A stretch of 64,000 nt of DNA from Candidatus Bathyarchaeota archaeon (GCA_963717465.1 OY970340.1:704001-768000), one strand, 5' to 3'. Numbered from the stretch's first letter, positions 43,074 to 52,603 are shown. Notes: generated from the sequence alone by a model not told the origin. Translations and numbers: made by a program.

Positions 43074-43727
43074 ATGGTAACTAAAGCTGAAGTACTTGAA
43101 CACCTCGCAAAAGCAATCATTGACTATGATGAGGAAAAGGCTGTTGCAGCGGCAAAAGAAGCAGTAGAAAACAAGCTGGAGATTATGGACGCTATCGAGA
43201 AAGGCCTATCAGTTGGCATCAAAGAAGTTGGTGACCGCTTTGGCCGCTTCGAATACCCACTACCCTACGTAATCATGGCTGCAAACGCGATGACTGCTGC
43301 AGTTAACTACCTCAAAGAAAAGTATCCCAAAGACAAGCTGCCAAAGGCAAAAGGCATAGTCGTAATTGGCACGGCTTTCGGCGACATCCACAGCATCGGC
43401 AAGAACTTGATTGCTGACATGTTGCGTACCGATGGCTTTGACGTTTATGACTTAGGTGAAGAAATTCCAACCGAGGACTACGTCAAGAAGGCTGAAGAGG
43501 TCCATGCTGATATTGTTGCGATGGGCGCTTTGATGACTAGCAGCATGTCTTATCAGAGAGCGCTGGTTGATACGCTTGTTGAGCGTGGTCTTCGTAAGAA
43601 GTATAAGGTTCTTGTTGGCGGTACTCCGATGACTGATGATTTCTGCAAACGCATTAAGGCTGATACTTGGGGTGCGGACTGCGGAGACGCAATCAAGAAG
43701 GCAAGAATGCTCGTAGGCAAAACTTAA
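43074..43727 (+). CDS. methyltransferase cognate corrinoid protein (MttC/MtbC-like)
   Basis: cap domain (AIE.GLS.G...VG.RF) and B12-binding GDIHSIGKN, GALMT, VGG. Confidence 0.93.
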   Translation: MVTKAEVLEHLAKAIIDYDEEKAVAAAKEAVENKLEIMDAIEKGLSVGIKEVGDRFGRFEYPLPYVIMAANAMTAAVNYLKEKYPKDKLPKAKGIVVIGTAFGDIHSIGKNLIADMLRTDGFDVYDLGEEIPTEDYVKKAEEVHADIVAMGALMTSSMSYQRALVDTLVERGLRKKYKVLVGGTPMTDDFCKRIKADTWGADCGDAIKKARMLVGKT

Positions 43728-43819
43728 ACAAACTGCAAAACCGAAAAACAAAAATATCTATCCTCTTTTTCTTTTCTCTGTATAAAATCTAAAATTTAAA
43801 ATGAAAGGTGGAAAATGTT

Positions 43820-44227
43820 ATGTCTTATGAAGATAAGTTGATGAATTTCGCGTATAAGTTGTATTCTAAGCTTGCTGATGATCCTGCTATTATTGATGCG
43901 TGTAAGGATCAGGAGAATGACATGATTGTTGAACTAAGTATTGGTGATGTTCCTGATGTTGTTTGGCAGATTGGTTCGAAGGGTAAGAAGTGGGTTGTGA
44001 ATAAGGGTAGTGTTGATGAGGCTAATGCGGCTATTCAGTATCTTAAGCTTAAATACTTGAATGATTGGTGGTCTGGTAAGATGGGTGCTGACGCGTTGTT
44101 TTCGCAAGGAGCCATGTCACTGTTGTCTGGTGACCTGGGTGATCTGGGTTTCATGGCGCCAGTTGAAGAGCCATTAAAGAAAGTTTATCAGCAGATTAAA
44201 GGCGAATTTCCAGGTCTACCAGAGTAG
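43820..44227 (+). CDS. SCP2-like small protein, paralog of 39486-39968
   Basis: V.KG....A.A.I......L.DWWSGK.....LFSQG.M...GDLG pattern resembling SCP2; shared EFPGLP C-terminus. Confidence 0.7.
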   Translation: MSYEDKLMNFAYKLYSKLADDPAIIDACKDQENDMIVELSIGDVPDVVWQIGSKGKKWVVNKGSVDEANAAIQYLKLKYLNDWWSGKMGADALFSQGAMSLLSGDLGDLGFMAPVEEPLKKVYQQIKGEFPGLPE

Positions 44228-44237
44228 ACTGCAAAAA

Positions 44238-44258
44238 TCCTATATTTTTATTTTTTTG
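44238..44258 (+). terminator. archaeal T-rich terminator after the mttB-corrinoid-SCP2 operon
   Basis: oligo-T tracts (TATATTTTTATTTTTTTG) just after the stop; similar tract at about 43760-43780. Confidence 0.45.
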
Positions 44259-44295
44259 TCGTTTAAAACATTGTTCTCTCAGAGAAAATAAGGCA

Positions 44296-44877
44296 CTATT
44301 TCTTAAGGTCAAAACCTATAATAACAGTGCCTAGTTTTCGGTTAAAGATGTCTATTCCCATCCTGCTTTTTTGATAATTATCAGAATGGGGCGTTGGGGA
44401 CCCTACTATAGCATTGCAGGCGCCTGAGACCTTTTCAACTTCGGGACATGGCAAAGGTGAGAAGACCACTTTGGAACGCTCTATAAGCATTTCCTCAGGT
44501 TTAGGCATCCTATCTTTGTAGAGCGCAATGTTCCCCATAAAGATGGCACTCTTATTCTTTTTTAATTCTTCCCGTTTGACAGGGTCAGGAATATCCTCTC
44601 CTATCACTTTTCCTTTCCACTCAACGATCATCATTGGTACAGGAGGCCATTCAAAAACCATATCCGTTACGCAAGCAACTACGACTTCCCGCTTTAGGAC
44701 TTCCTTAACCCCACGGTTATCGCCAAGCCCAAGCCCCATCAATACCTCTCCCTCAGACAGCGCTTCAAGCTCCAAAATCTTCTGTCTATCCTCATTAGTG
44801 AGAACTAATACTTGACGGATACCTTTGAGACTTTTGAGTCTTGATAATACTTCGTTAACTACTTCCTGATGCGACAA
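44296..44877 (-). CDS. hypothetical protein within the methyltransferase cluster
   Basis: 193-aa ORF with plausible globular composition; no family securely recognised. Confidence 0.7.
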   Translation of the reverse strand: MSHQEVVNEVLSRLKSLKGIRQVLVLTNEDRQKILELEALSEGEVLMGLGLGDNRGVKEVLKREVVVACVTDMVFEWPPVPMMIVEWKGKVIGEDIPDPVKREELKKNKSAIFMGNIALYKDRMPKPEEMLIERSKVVFSPLPCPEVEKVSGACNAIVGSPTPHSDNYQKSRMGIDIFNRKLGTVIIGFDLKK

Positions 44878-45025
44878 GAATAATCCCTACGCCATGCCAG
44901 ACGCAATAATAATTATCTATTCTCGTCTATAAATCATTAGGGTATGATCATGCAAATTTGCCAGAATCGAGGTTGACTGCATTAAGTTTGTAAAACAACT
45001 AAAGAACGAGAAAGATTTACTTCTT

Positions 45026-45958
45026 TTAAGACTGCTTGCTTGTTTGTTTTGGCATGATGATTTGGAGTTGATTGGATGGTGTCAATGTTTTGAGTTTTAC
45101 ATGTTCGATTTCGAAGACAACTGAACCTTTTAGTCCCGCATGAAGTCGCCACGTTCTCTTGTCGAAACTTGGAACAAAACCTTGTCGCCATAAATCTACT
45201 ACCGATTGAAAAGGATAACCTGGAAGGTTTAGTTCTTCAGTGTATTTCCATTTTTTGATTTCTGGAAAGAGTGAACCTATGTAAGCCCAGAATGAATCCC
45301 CGACTGAGGCCCTGATTGTATCCCACACTGAGGCTCTGACTGAGGTTCCAACTGCCTCCCAGACTTGAGCCCAGCCCGAAGACATAACTGAATCCCAAAT
45401 TGAATCCCAGAACTCATCCCCGAGTGAAGCCTTGACTGAATCCCAGACTGGATACCATGTTGCTTCCCAGATCGAATCCCCGATTGATGCCCCAACTGAA
45501 TCTCCAACTGAACCCCCGATTGAATCCCAGACTGAATCATAGATCAAAACCCAATTTTGAAGAAGCATTACTTGCTCGTTGGTCACTTTCTTAGGTTCGA
45601 GTTTAAACGGGTGAACCGGTTTACACGCTTCCAAATAATTAAAACCGAACAAATCATTAATTTTTTCCTGCGGAATCTCCTCAACTATGGTCAATTCTTT
45701 GAAACCACATTTCTCTGTATCCTCGACTACTGGTTTTCCTTCAACCAAAAATAACCGAAAAGGAATTTTCGTGACAATAAATATGTCCAAAGGCCTTTTG
45801 CAAGCATGTAACACGCTGTCTGAACAGAGAACTGGCTTAGCTTTATAATTAGGTACTTTTATAATTCGCCCAATATTCTCCGCATAATTAATCGTGTTTC
45901 CACTATGCAAGTCCCATCCTTGAAGGTTGGCTGCTTTATAATAATGGTTGTTCCCCAT
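45026..45958 (-). CDS. hypothetical protein with tetrapeptide (W/G/R)-(D/A)-S-(V/I) repeats, possibly phage-derived
   Basis: ATG with GGGG/GGA upstream; about 20 imperfect tetrad repeats between an N-terminal domain (YYKA...LC...LHAC) and a C-terminal domain. Confidence 0.75.
   Translation of the reverse strand: MGNNHYYKAANLQGWDLHSGNTINYAENIGRIIKVPNYKAKPVLCSDSVLHACKRPLDIFIVTKIPFRLFLVEGKPVVEDTEKCGFKELTIVEEIPQEKINDLFGFNYLEACKPVHPFKLEPKKVTNEQVMLLQNWVLIYDSVWDSIGGSVGDSVGASIGDSIWEATWYPVWDSVKASLGDEFWDSIWDSVMSSGWAQVWEAVGTSVRASVWDTIRASVGDSFWAYIGSLFPEIKKWKYTEELNLPGYPFQSVVDLWRQGFVPSFDKRTWRLHAGLKGSVVFEIEHVKLKTLTPSNQLQIIMPKQTSKQS
45280..45545 (-). repeat. degenerate 12-bp coding tandem repeat
   Basis: recurring + strand units such as GAATCCCAGACT, GAATCCCCGATT and GAATCCCAAATT. 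Confidence 0.8.
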
Positions 45959-46316
45959 TCCGAGTCCCCTCTACTTTTCTTGCACAGACACCCAAGACCC
46001 ATTCGGCATTCTAATTTTAACTGACATTTGTTTTAACGTGCGACCTAAATAATCCATTCACTCGTCCTTTAATTTTTTTCCTTCTTGTTTCACATTTTGC
46101 TCTCTTTCTAACTTGTTACTTTGATCCTATAGTTGATGCAGACATTTTGAGATTAATGATGCCAAATTTTTAATATTAACGTCGACCATAACTATTCGAA
46201 ATCAATGGAAAACGAAACTGTAAAAATTCTAATCCTCTTTACCAAGATTTCGTTGATGTCCAAATCAAGTTTAGAACACTTAATTGATTGGGTATAACTA
46301 GGCAAGGGAATGTGTC

Positions 46317-47297
46317 ATGTTTAAGTTTAAGGCTTCACAAAAAATCTTCGAAATAGGCAATATGCGTATTGGCGGGCAGCCTGGTGAGCTTCCGAAAGTG
46401 TTGTTCGGAAGTATTTTTTACAGCAAACATAAAATCGTGAAGGATGCGAAAAAAGGGGTCTTTGACAGAAGAAAAGCAGAGATTTTGATAAACAAGCAAG
46501 AAGAACTTTCTGACCTTACCGGCAACCCCTGCGGAATAGATGTTGTATGCACCTCGCTTGAATCAGCTTGCGCACTAATCGATTTTGTCGCAGAAGCAAC
46601 TGATGTGCCGATTTCTACTGATTGCTGGGCTCCAGAGATTAAGATCAAAGTTTTGCGTCACGTTGCTGAGGTTGGTTTGTCACAAAGAATTATTTATAAT
46701 AGTATAATGTCTGTCCCGTTTCCTAAATAAGAAGAACTCAACGCTATTAGAGAATCTAAAGTTAAGGCAGCAATAATTTTATGCTATAACTTGAAGGATC
46801 GGTCAGCGAGCGGGGTTCTGTCTTTACTGAGAGGCACGGAAGAGCAAAGAGGCCTGTTGGAGATTGCACAAGAGGCAGGAATAGAAAAACCGTTGGTAGA
46901 CGCAACCATATTTACATATATTCCGAGCATAGGCGTAGGCGCTAGGGCCTGCTTTATGGTGAAAGACGAATTTGGGCTTCCAGTAGGCGGTTCACCTGGA
47001 AATGCAACAACCGTTTGGAAAAAACCAAAGGAGCTTGGACAAGACATCTATAAAGCCTGTGAAGCAGCTTCAGAAGTCATACCCTTAGCCTTAGGCGCAG
47101 ACTATCTACACTATGGACCAATCGAATCAGCTCCCTGGGTATTTCCAGCATGCGCTGGAATAGACGCAATGATTGCCATGGCAGCACAAACAGAATTCGG
47201 AACAAAGACCCTGACTACTACACATCCATTGAACAAGCTATTCCCAGATATCGTTGAAAAGTTAGAAAATAAAAAAAATCGGTTAGAAAAGCACTGA
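46317..47297 (+). CDS. mtrH: MtrH-like methylcorrinoid:tetrahydromethanopterin methyltransferase with in-frame TAA at 46728-46730
   Basis: MFKF...QKIFEIG...IGGQPGELP.VL.GSIFY..H, IIYNS, then in frame past the stop EELNAIRESKVKAAIILCYN...GLPVG..GADYL.YGPIE. Confidence 0.88.
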
Positions 47298-47391
47298 AAA
47301 CGCAATAATGATGCACCAATGGATGTCATGACAAAGTTTTTATTATTGAAAAGGAATTAACCCTTTCAAAATTTACTGGGTAGATTAAAGT

Positions 47392-48039
47392 ATGAGTGAA
47401 AATGAAATGCTAAAAAAACTTTCTGATGCGGTTGATGCTGGTGACACGGAAAAGGCTCAGAATGCAGCAAAAGAGTCTCTGGCTAAAGGTGTCCCACCAT
47501 TGAAGGCAATCCTAAATGGACTAGCAGAAGGAATGAGAATAGTTGGTGAAAAGTATGAAAGACAAGAATATTTCTTGCCTGATATGCTTTCGTCAGCAGA
47601 CGCCATGTACGCCGGTCTAGACATTTTAACTCCACAAATTCCTGCATCCGAAAAGACAACTAAAGGAAAGGTACTTCTCGGCGTTGTTGAAGGCGACGTA
47701 CATGACATTGGAAAAAACATCGTTAAAATTATGCTAACAGCTTCTGGATACGAAGTCGTGGACTTAGGCAAAGATGTACCAACACCAGAATTCATTAACA
47801 AAGCTAAGAGTGAAGGCGCGCAAATACTAGCGATGTCAACACTTATGACACCAACACTCATGAACATGAAGGCTGTAGAAGACAAACTAAAGGAGGCAGG
47901 CTTGAAAGGCAAAGTGAAAACAATCATAGGCGGCGGTTCAGTAAGTGAAGAATGGAGAGCAAAAATAGGCTCAGACGCATATGGCAAGGATTCCACAGAA
48001 GCCGTTAACAAAGTTAAGCAGTTAATAGATAGCATGTAG
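47392..48039 (+). CDS. second methyltransferase corrinoid protein
   Basis: GL.EGM..VG.KYE..EYFLPD cap; GVVEGDVHDIGKN, STLMTPT, IIGGG. Confidence 0.94.
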   Translation: MSENEMLKKLSDAVDAGDTEKAQNAAKESLAKGVPPLKAILNGLAEGMRIVGEKYERQEYFLPDMLSSADAMYAGLDILTPQIPASEKTTKGKVLLGVVEGDVHDIGKNIVKIMLTASGYEVVDLGKDVPTPEFINKAKSEGAQILAMSTLMTPTLMNMKAVEDKLKEAGLKGKVKTIIGGGSVSEEWRAKIGSDAYGKDSTEAVNKVKQLIDSM

Positions 48040-48044
48040 AGGTT

Positions 48045-49987
48045 ATGAAAGAAGAAAGAACAAAAAAAAGTTCATTGCCGTTTGCCGAAATCGAAATAGT
48101 TTTTCAACCTTATGGCAAACGAGCAAAATTTCCCCCCGGCATCGTAATTATGGATGCAGGTAAGACTTTAGGTGTAGATTTATCTTCACTTTGTTCTGGA
48201 AAAGGCACTTGTGGAAAATGCAAAATTAAGGTCCAAAAAGGGGCTGACGGATTAAGTCCTCTTACAGAAAAAGAACTCAAGCATCTGTCTGAAGAGGAAC
48301 TTAACGCATCCTTTAGGTTAGCATGCCAAGCTCAATTAACTACGCCTTCGGTAATTTATGTTCCATTGATTAGAAGAGTTGGCGTACAAAGGCTGCAAAC
48401 AGAAGGGCTTGATGTACCAGTAAAACCTAACCCATTTGTAAGAAAATACTTTTTGCAAATGCCTCAGCCGACGCTTCATGACAATAGATCCGATGAAGAT
48501 AGACTCCTTGATTCATTAACTAGGCAGTTTGGCCTATCTAACCTTAAAATCGATTTTGAAGCTGCAAAAAGCCTTCCCATTAACCTTCGAAAAGAAAACT
48601 ACGCTGCGACCGCAGTAATCTGGAACAATGAAATTAGAGCTGTTGAACCAGGAGATACGTCTGATAGATGCTATGGGCTTGCTGAGATATTGGGACCACG
48701 AAGTTGGCTGGCTTCTTGATGAATCTTAAAACAGGCAAAGTTGTTTCTGTCGCCGCTAGAATGAACCCTCAAATCCCATTTGGCGAAGATGTCATGTCGC
48801 GGATAACTTATGCCATGATGGGTGAATGGAAAGCCCTTAAAGAGCTTCAAGCAGCTGTTGTTTCGGGAATTAACGAAATAATCGAGGAAAGCTGCAAAAA
48901 AGCTAATGTGAAAATTGAGGAAATATACGAACTCAACTTCGTGGGTAATACGGCAATGCAACTTTTATTTCTCGGCATCTGGCCTCAATATGTTGGATTT
49001 TCCCCTTATCCACCAGTATTACGAAAAGGCGTTGACGTAAACGCTGCAAACTTGGGATTAAAATCTCATCCAAACGCGAATGCACACTTCGTCTCAATCA
49101 TCGGAGGCTTCGTGGGAGCAGATAGCGTTGCAGATATTTTGGCATCAAAAATTTTTGAGTCAGACAAAATTATGATGACCATTGACGTGGGTACAAACAC
49201 TGAGATTCATATAGGAGACAAAGACTATTGCATGGCTGACTCTTGCGCATCTGGACCTGCCTTTGAAGGAATGGAAATAAAATTCGGTATGAGGGCAGCT
49301 ACAGGGTCCATCGAAAAAATAAGCATAGACCCGGACACCTTGGACCTTAACTACAGAACAATAGGGAACGTTCCTGCAGTTGGTATATGCGGCTCAGCAC
49401 TTATAGACGCTCCAGCTGAGTTACTAAAGGCTGGCATAATTAATTTAAGAGGCAACTTTGTCCCTGAAATGACGGCAAAAACCAAAAGATTAAGAAAGGG
49501 ACCTGACGGCGGGGAATTTATTGTTGCAAAGAAGAATGAAACAGGTATAGATACAGACATCGTGATAACTTTAGCAGATATCAGAAAGCTTCAGCAAGCA
49601 AAAGCTGCCATTCATACTGGTGCTGAAATTCTGATGAAAGCAATGAACATAACTGAAAAAGACATTAGTAAACTGGTAATTGCAGGTGCATTTGGAAACT
49701 ATATCGACGCCGAAAACGCAAGAACCATCGGTATGTACCCTGAAATTCCCTATGAAAGAATCGAGTTCTGCGGAAACCTTGCTGGCACAGGCTCCAGGCT
49801 ATCTCTAATTTCAAAAGAGATGAGAGACCAAACTGAAAGAATAAGTGAAAAAGTAAAATATTACGAGCTTGCAGCGGACCCCAACTTCCAAGCTGAATAC
49901 GTGAAGTCTCTGTACTTACCCTACGCTGACCTGAATAAGTATCCAAGCACTAAAGAATTGCTGAAAAGGCTAGGTCGAGTTCCGTAA
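48045..49987 (+). CDS. ATP-dependent reductive activator of corrinoid proteins (RACo/RACE, DUF4445 ASKHA), one frameshift near 48685
   Basis: N-terminal [2Fe-2S] CSGKGTCGKC...RLACQ; DIGTT split by the indel; NPQ..FGEDVMSRI, DVGTNTE, SCASGPAFEG, GICGS, AGAFG. Confidence 0.9.
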
Positions 49988-50205
49988 AATCTCCTCACTC
50001 CTCAAATTAACCATCCAATACAATATCCATAATCAATAACGCCTCTGCAGCAAGACTAACCGTCACCTGCTGGCTTTTTTTTGATGTTTTTGTTCTTTTC
50101 AATTGCGTTTTGCTCCTCTTCTTTTAAGACGAAAGCATTAAATTTATCGTGCACGCTCATAATAGCGCGCTATGTACGTATTAATTCATTAAATGAGGGG
50201 TAAAG

Positions 50206-51957
50206 ATGTCTGTATCTTCATCGCTAACTGGTCGCCCAACGCCTATCTTATCCAAAGGCTACTCTAGGCTGAGGGACGTTAGAAGAAATAACATTAAGGT
50301 TGCAGTTTGGCTTTCCGAGAGCTTAAAAACAATGTTGGGTCCAAAAGGGATGAACAAGATGCTAGTGGACGTGCTCGGAAAACCACTTATTACAAATGAT
50401 GGAAGAGAGGCGCTGGATAACATGGGTGCCACTAATCCTGTTGCCAAGATGATCATAGAAATTGCGAGAACCCAAGATTTCGTAGCTGGTGACGGCACGA
50501 AAACCTCTGTAATTCTCGCTGGAGAACTGCTAAAAAAAGCTGAAAAACTGTTAAACCAGAAAGTCCATCCAATATTTATAATCAAGGGTTATGAAGTAGC
50601 GTCCAAAAAGGCCCTAACGTTTCTAGATACTCTTGCCACCGGTGTGTCAATCGAAGACGAGGCGACTTTGAAAAAACTTGTCAAAACAGTTATTGGTGGC
50701 AGGCTTGATGAAGACTCTAAGAATCATCTCACTAATCTTATTGTTACTGCAGCCAAGACGATTGCTGAAGAAAAATCAGGCAAAATAGTTGTAGATCCTA
50801 TTCATTTGGACATAAAGAAGCAAGAGGGAAAAAGCGTAAAAGATACGGAACTAGTTAGCGGCTTAGTCCTCACTAGAACGAAGCCTCACATAAAGATGCC
50901 AGATAAGATTGAAAATCCAAAAATTGCATTAGTTAAATTACCCCTTGATCCTCATGCGCACAGAGCTGTAGAAACACGCAAAATAATCATGCTTAATCGC
51001 CCAGAGGATTTGAAGGGAATCAGCGATATGGCAATTGAGCATGCTCAAGGTATTGTGAATCAAGTTAAACGCGCTGGAGCAAACGTGTTGTGCTGCCGCA
51101 AGACGATTAGTGACCTCATTCTAAGTTGTTTTGCAGACGCTGGTATACTCGCTTTGAATCTAGTTTCAGAAGAAGACTTACTAAGACTTGAGAAAGCGAC
51201 GGGAGCCAAGATCGTGATGAGTATGAATGAATTAACTGCTGAAGACTTAGGCCAGGCTGGATTGGCAGAATATAGAAGCTCATCGTTCCATGAACTCCTA
51301 TTTGTTGATCGATGCAAAGATCCAAGGGCTGTCACAATACTAGTTAGAGGTGGCACTGTTCAAATGGTCGCAGAAATAGAAAGGATAATTAAAGATTGCA
51401 TCAAAGCGATTTCGGTGGCAATAGAAGCTGGAAAAGTTATTTCAGGCGGCGGAGCTGCAGAGATTGAAATCGCCCGAAAACTAAGAGCTTTATCAAGGAC
51501 GTATAAAGGCAAGGAACAGTTGGCGATAGAAGCTTTCGCTGAAGCTGTGGAGACTATTCCAAGAACTCTTGCATCTAACGCTGGTTTAGACCCAATCGAT
51601 GTACTGGTAGAGTTAAGGTCAGGTCATGCTAATGGCAACGTGAATCTCGGGGTTAATGGGCTTGGGCGTAAGGTTGAAGATATGGCGGAGAGAGGCTGTT
51701 TAGATGCATTCACCGTCAAGCAGCATGCAATTAAAGTTTCTTGCGAGATTGCCCAGATGATTTTAAGGATTGACGATGCCGTAGCCGCTACGAATCTGAA
51801 GGTAATTAAAGCTGAGAAGAAGAGGAAAGAAGACGAGGTTGCATTCAAGACTAACGAGAGGGTTATTGAAGCAAGTAAAAATCGTGAGGAGTTTAAAGAA
51901 CTCGAAAAGTTTGATAAAGAATTAGACTATAGACAGGAGCATCCAGAAGTTCTTTAA
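50206..51957 (+). CDS. divergent group II chaperonin (thermosome subunit)
   Basis: LGPKGMNKMLVD, ITNDG, GDGTKT, TILVRGG, GGGAAE, GKEQLA, LRIDD. Confidence 0.92.
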   Translation: MSVSSSLTGRPTPILSKGYSRLRDVRRNNIKVAVWLSESLKTMLGPKGMNKMLVDVLGKPLITNDGREALDNMGATNPVAKMIIEIARTQDFVAGDGTKTSVILAGELLKKAEKLLNQKVHPIFIIKGYEVASKKALTFLDTLATGVSIEDEATLKKLVKTVIGGRLDEDSKNHLTNLIVTAAKTIAEEKSGKIVVDPIHLDIKKQEGKSVKDTELVSGLVLTRTKPHIKMPDKIENPKIALVKLPLDPHAHRAVETRKIIMLNRPEDLKGISDMAIEHAQGIVNQVKRAGANVLCCRKTISDLILSCFADAGILALNLVSEEDLLRLEKATGAKIVMSMNELTAEDLGQAGLAEYRSSSFHELLFVDRCKDPRAVTILVRGGTVQMVAEIERIIKDCIKAISVAIEAGKVISGGGAAEIEIARKLRALSRTYKGKEQLAIEAFAEAVETIPRTLASNAGLDPIDVLVELRSGHANGNVNLGVNGLGRKVEDMAERGCLDAFTVKQHAIKVSCEIAQMILRIDDAVAATNLKVIKAEKKRKEDEVAFKTNERVIEASKNREEFKELEKFDKELDYRQEHPEVL

Positions 51958-51973
51958 TCATTAAACAATGGCG

Positions 51974-52603
51974 TTAGTAGAAACAGGGGATGTATTCTCT
52001 AACCCTGAATTTAACCGCTAGCTCCTTTGTGACAGCCTCAACTTTCTGTATATCAACTTCTGGCATCCGTACAGCAGTGACTTCAACATCAAGCACGTCC
52101 TTTGCTCTTCGAATGAAATCGAGCACTTCTTCGTAAGCATCGTCAAAAGTTGGTCTGCAAATCTCATTGTACGTTCCTTTTTCGCCTGCGTTCAGGCTGA
52201 CGCTGACTTTATTGATGCCTGCGGTTTTTAATTCATCAGCTATATCTCTGCCTGGATTAAGCTTGTAGCCATGCCCGTTAGTGTTAACTCGAAGTTGAAC
52301 TTGCCTCCAAAAATTACTTCGTATCCACCTGGCGACCTCTAATAAACCATCAAGCCTCGCAGTAGGCTCTCCAAATCCGCAAAAAACGATTTCCGACCAG
52401 TTTCTCATATACAAAACATCGCTCAGTTCAGAAGTAATGTCCTCTATCGATGGGTCTTCACTTAATTTTAGGTTAAAGCCACCTACTCCACGCCTAAAGT
52501 TCCTAAGGCAAAAAAAGCAATTGTTTGAGCAATGGTTAGTTATATTGAGGTAAAGCTTGTCTTCCATCCAGTAAACAGTGACCGGTTTTTCACAATTACT
52601 CAT
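51974..52603 (-). CDS. TatD-associated-type radical SAM protein
   Basis: LYLNITNHCSNNCFFC, FCGFGEPT, RVNTNG, SVSLNA. Confidence 0.85.
   Translation of the reverse strand: MSNCEKPVTVYWMEDKLYLNITNHCSNNCFFCLRNFRRGVGGFNLKLSEDPSIEDITSELSDVLYMRNWSEIVFCGFGEPTARLDGLLEVARWIRSNFWRQVQLRVNTNGHGYKLNPGRDIADELKTAGINKVSVSLNAGEKGTYNEICRPTFDDAYEEVLDFIRRAKDVLDVEVTAVRMPEVDIQKVEAVTKELAVKFRVREYIPCFY

Noticed and set aside
45277..45540. Separate 87-aa GIQS-repeat ORF, or a CRISPR/DGR interpretation of the repeats
   Set aside because: It is the alternative frame of the 12-bp coding repeat; there are no unique spacers, cas genes, reverse transcriptase or TR/VR pair
41477..47297. Pyrrolysine-dependent methylamine system
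   Set aside because: The MttB homolog has no in-frame TAG, the mtrH internal stop is TAA, and no pylTSBCD genes are in the window
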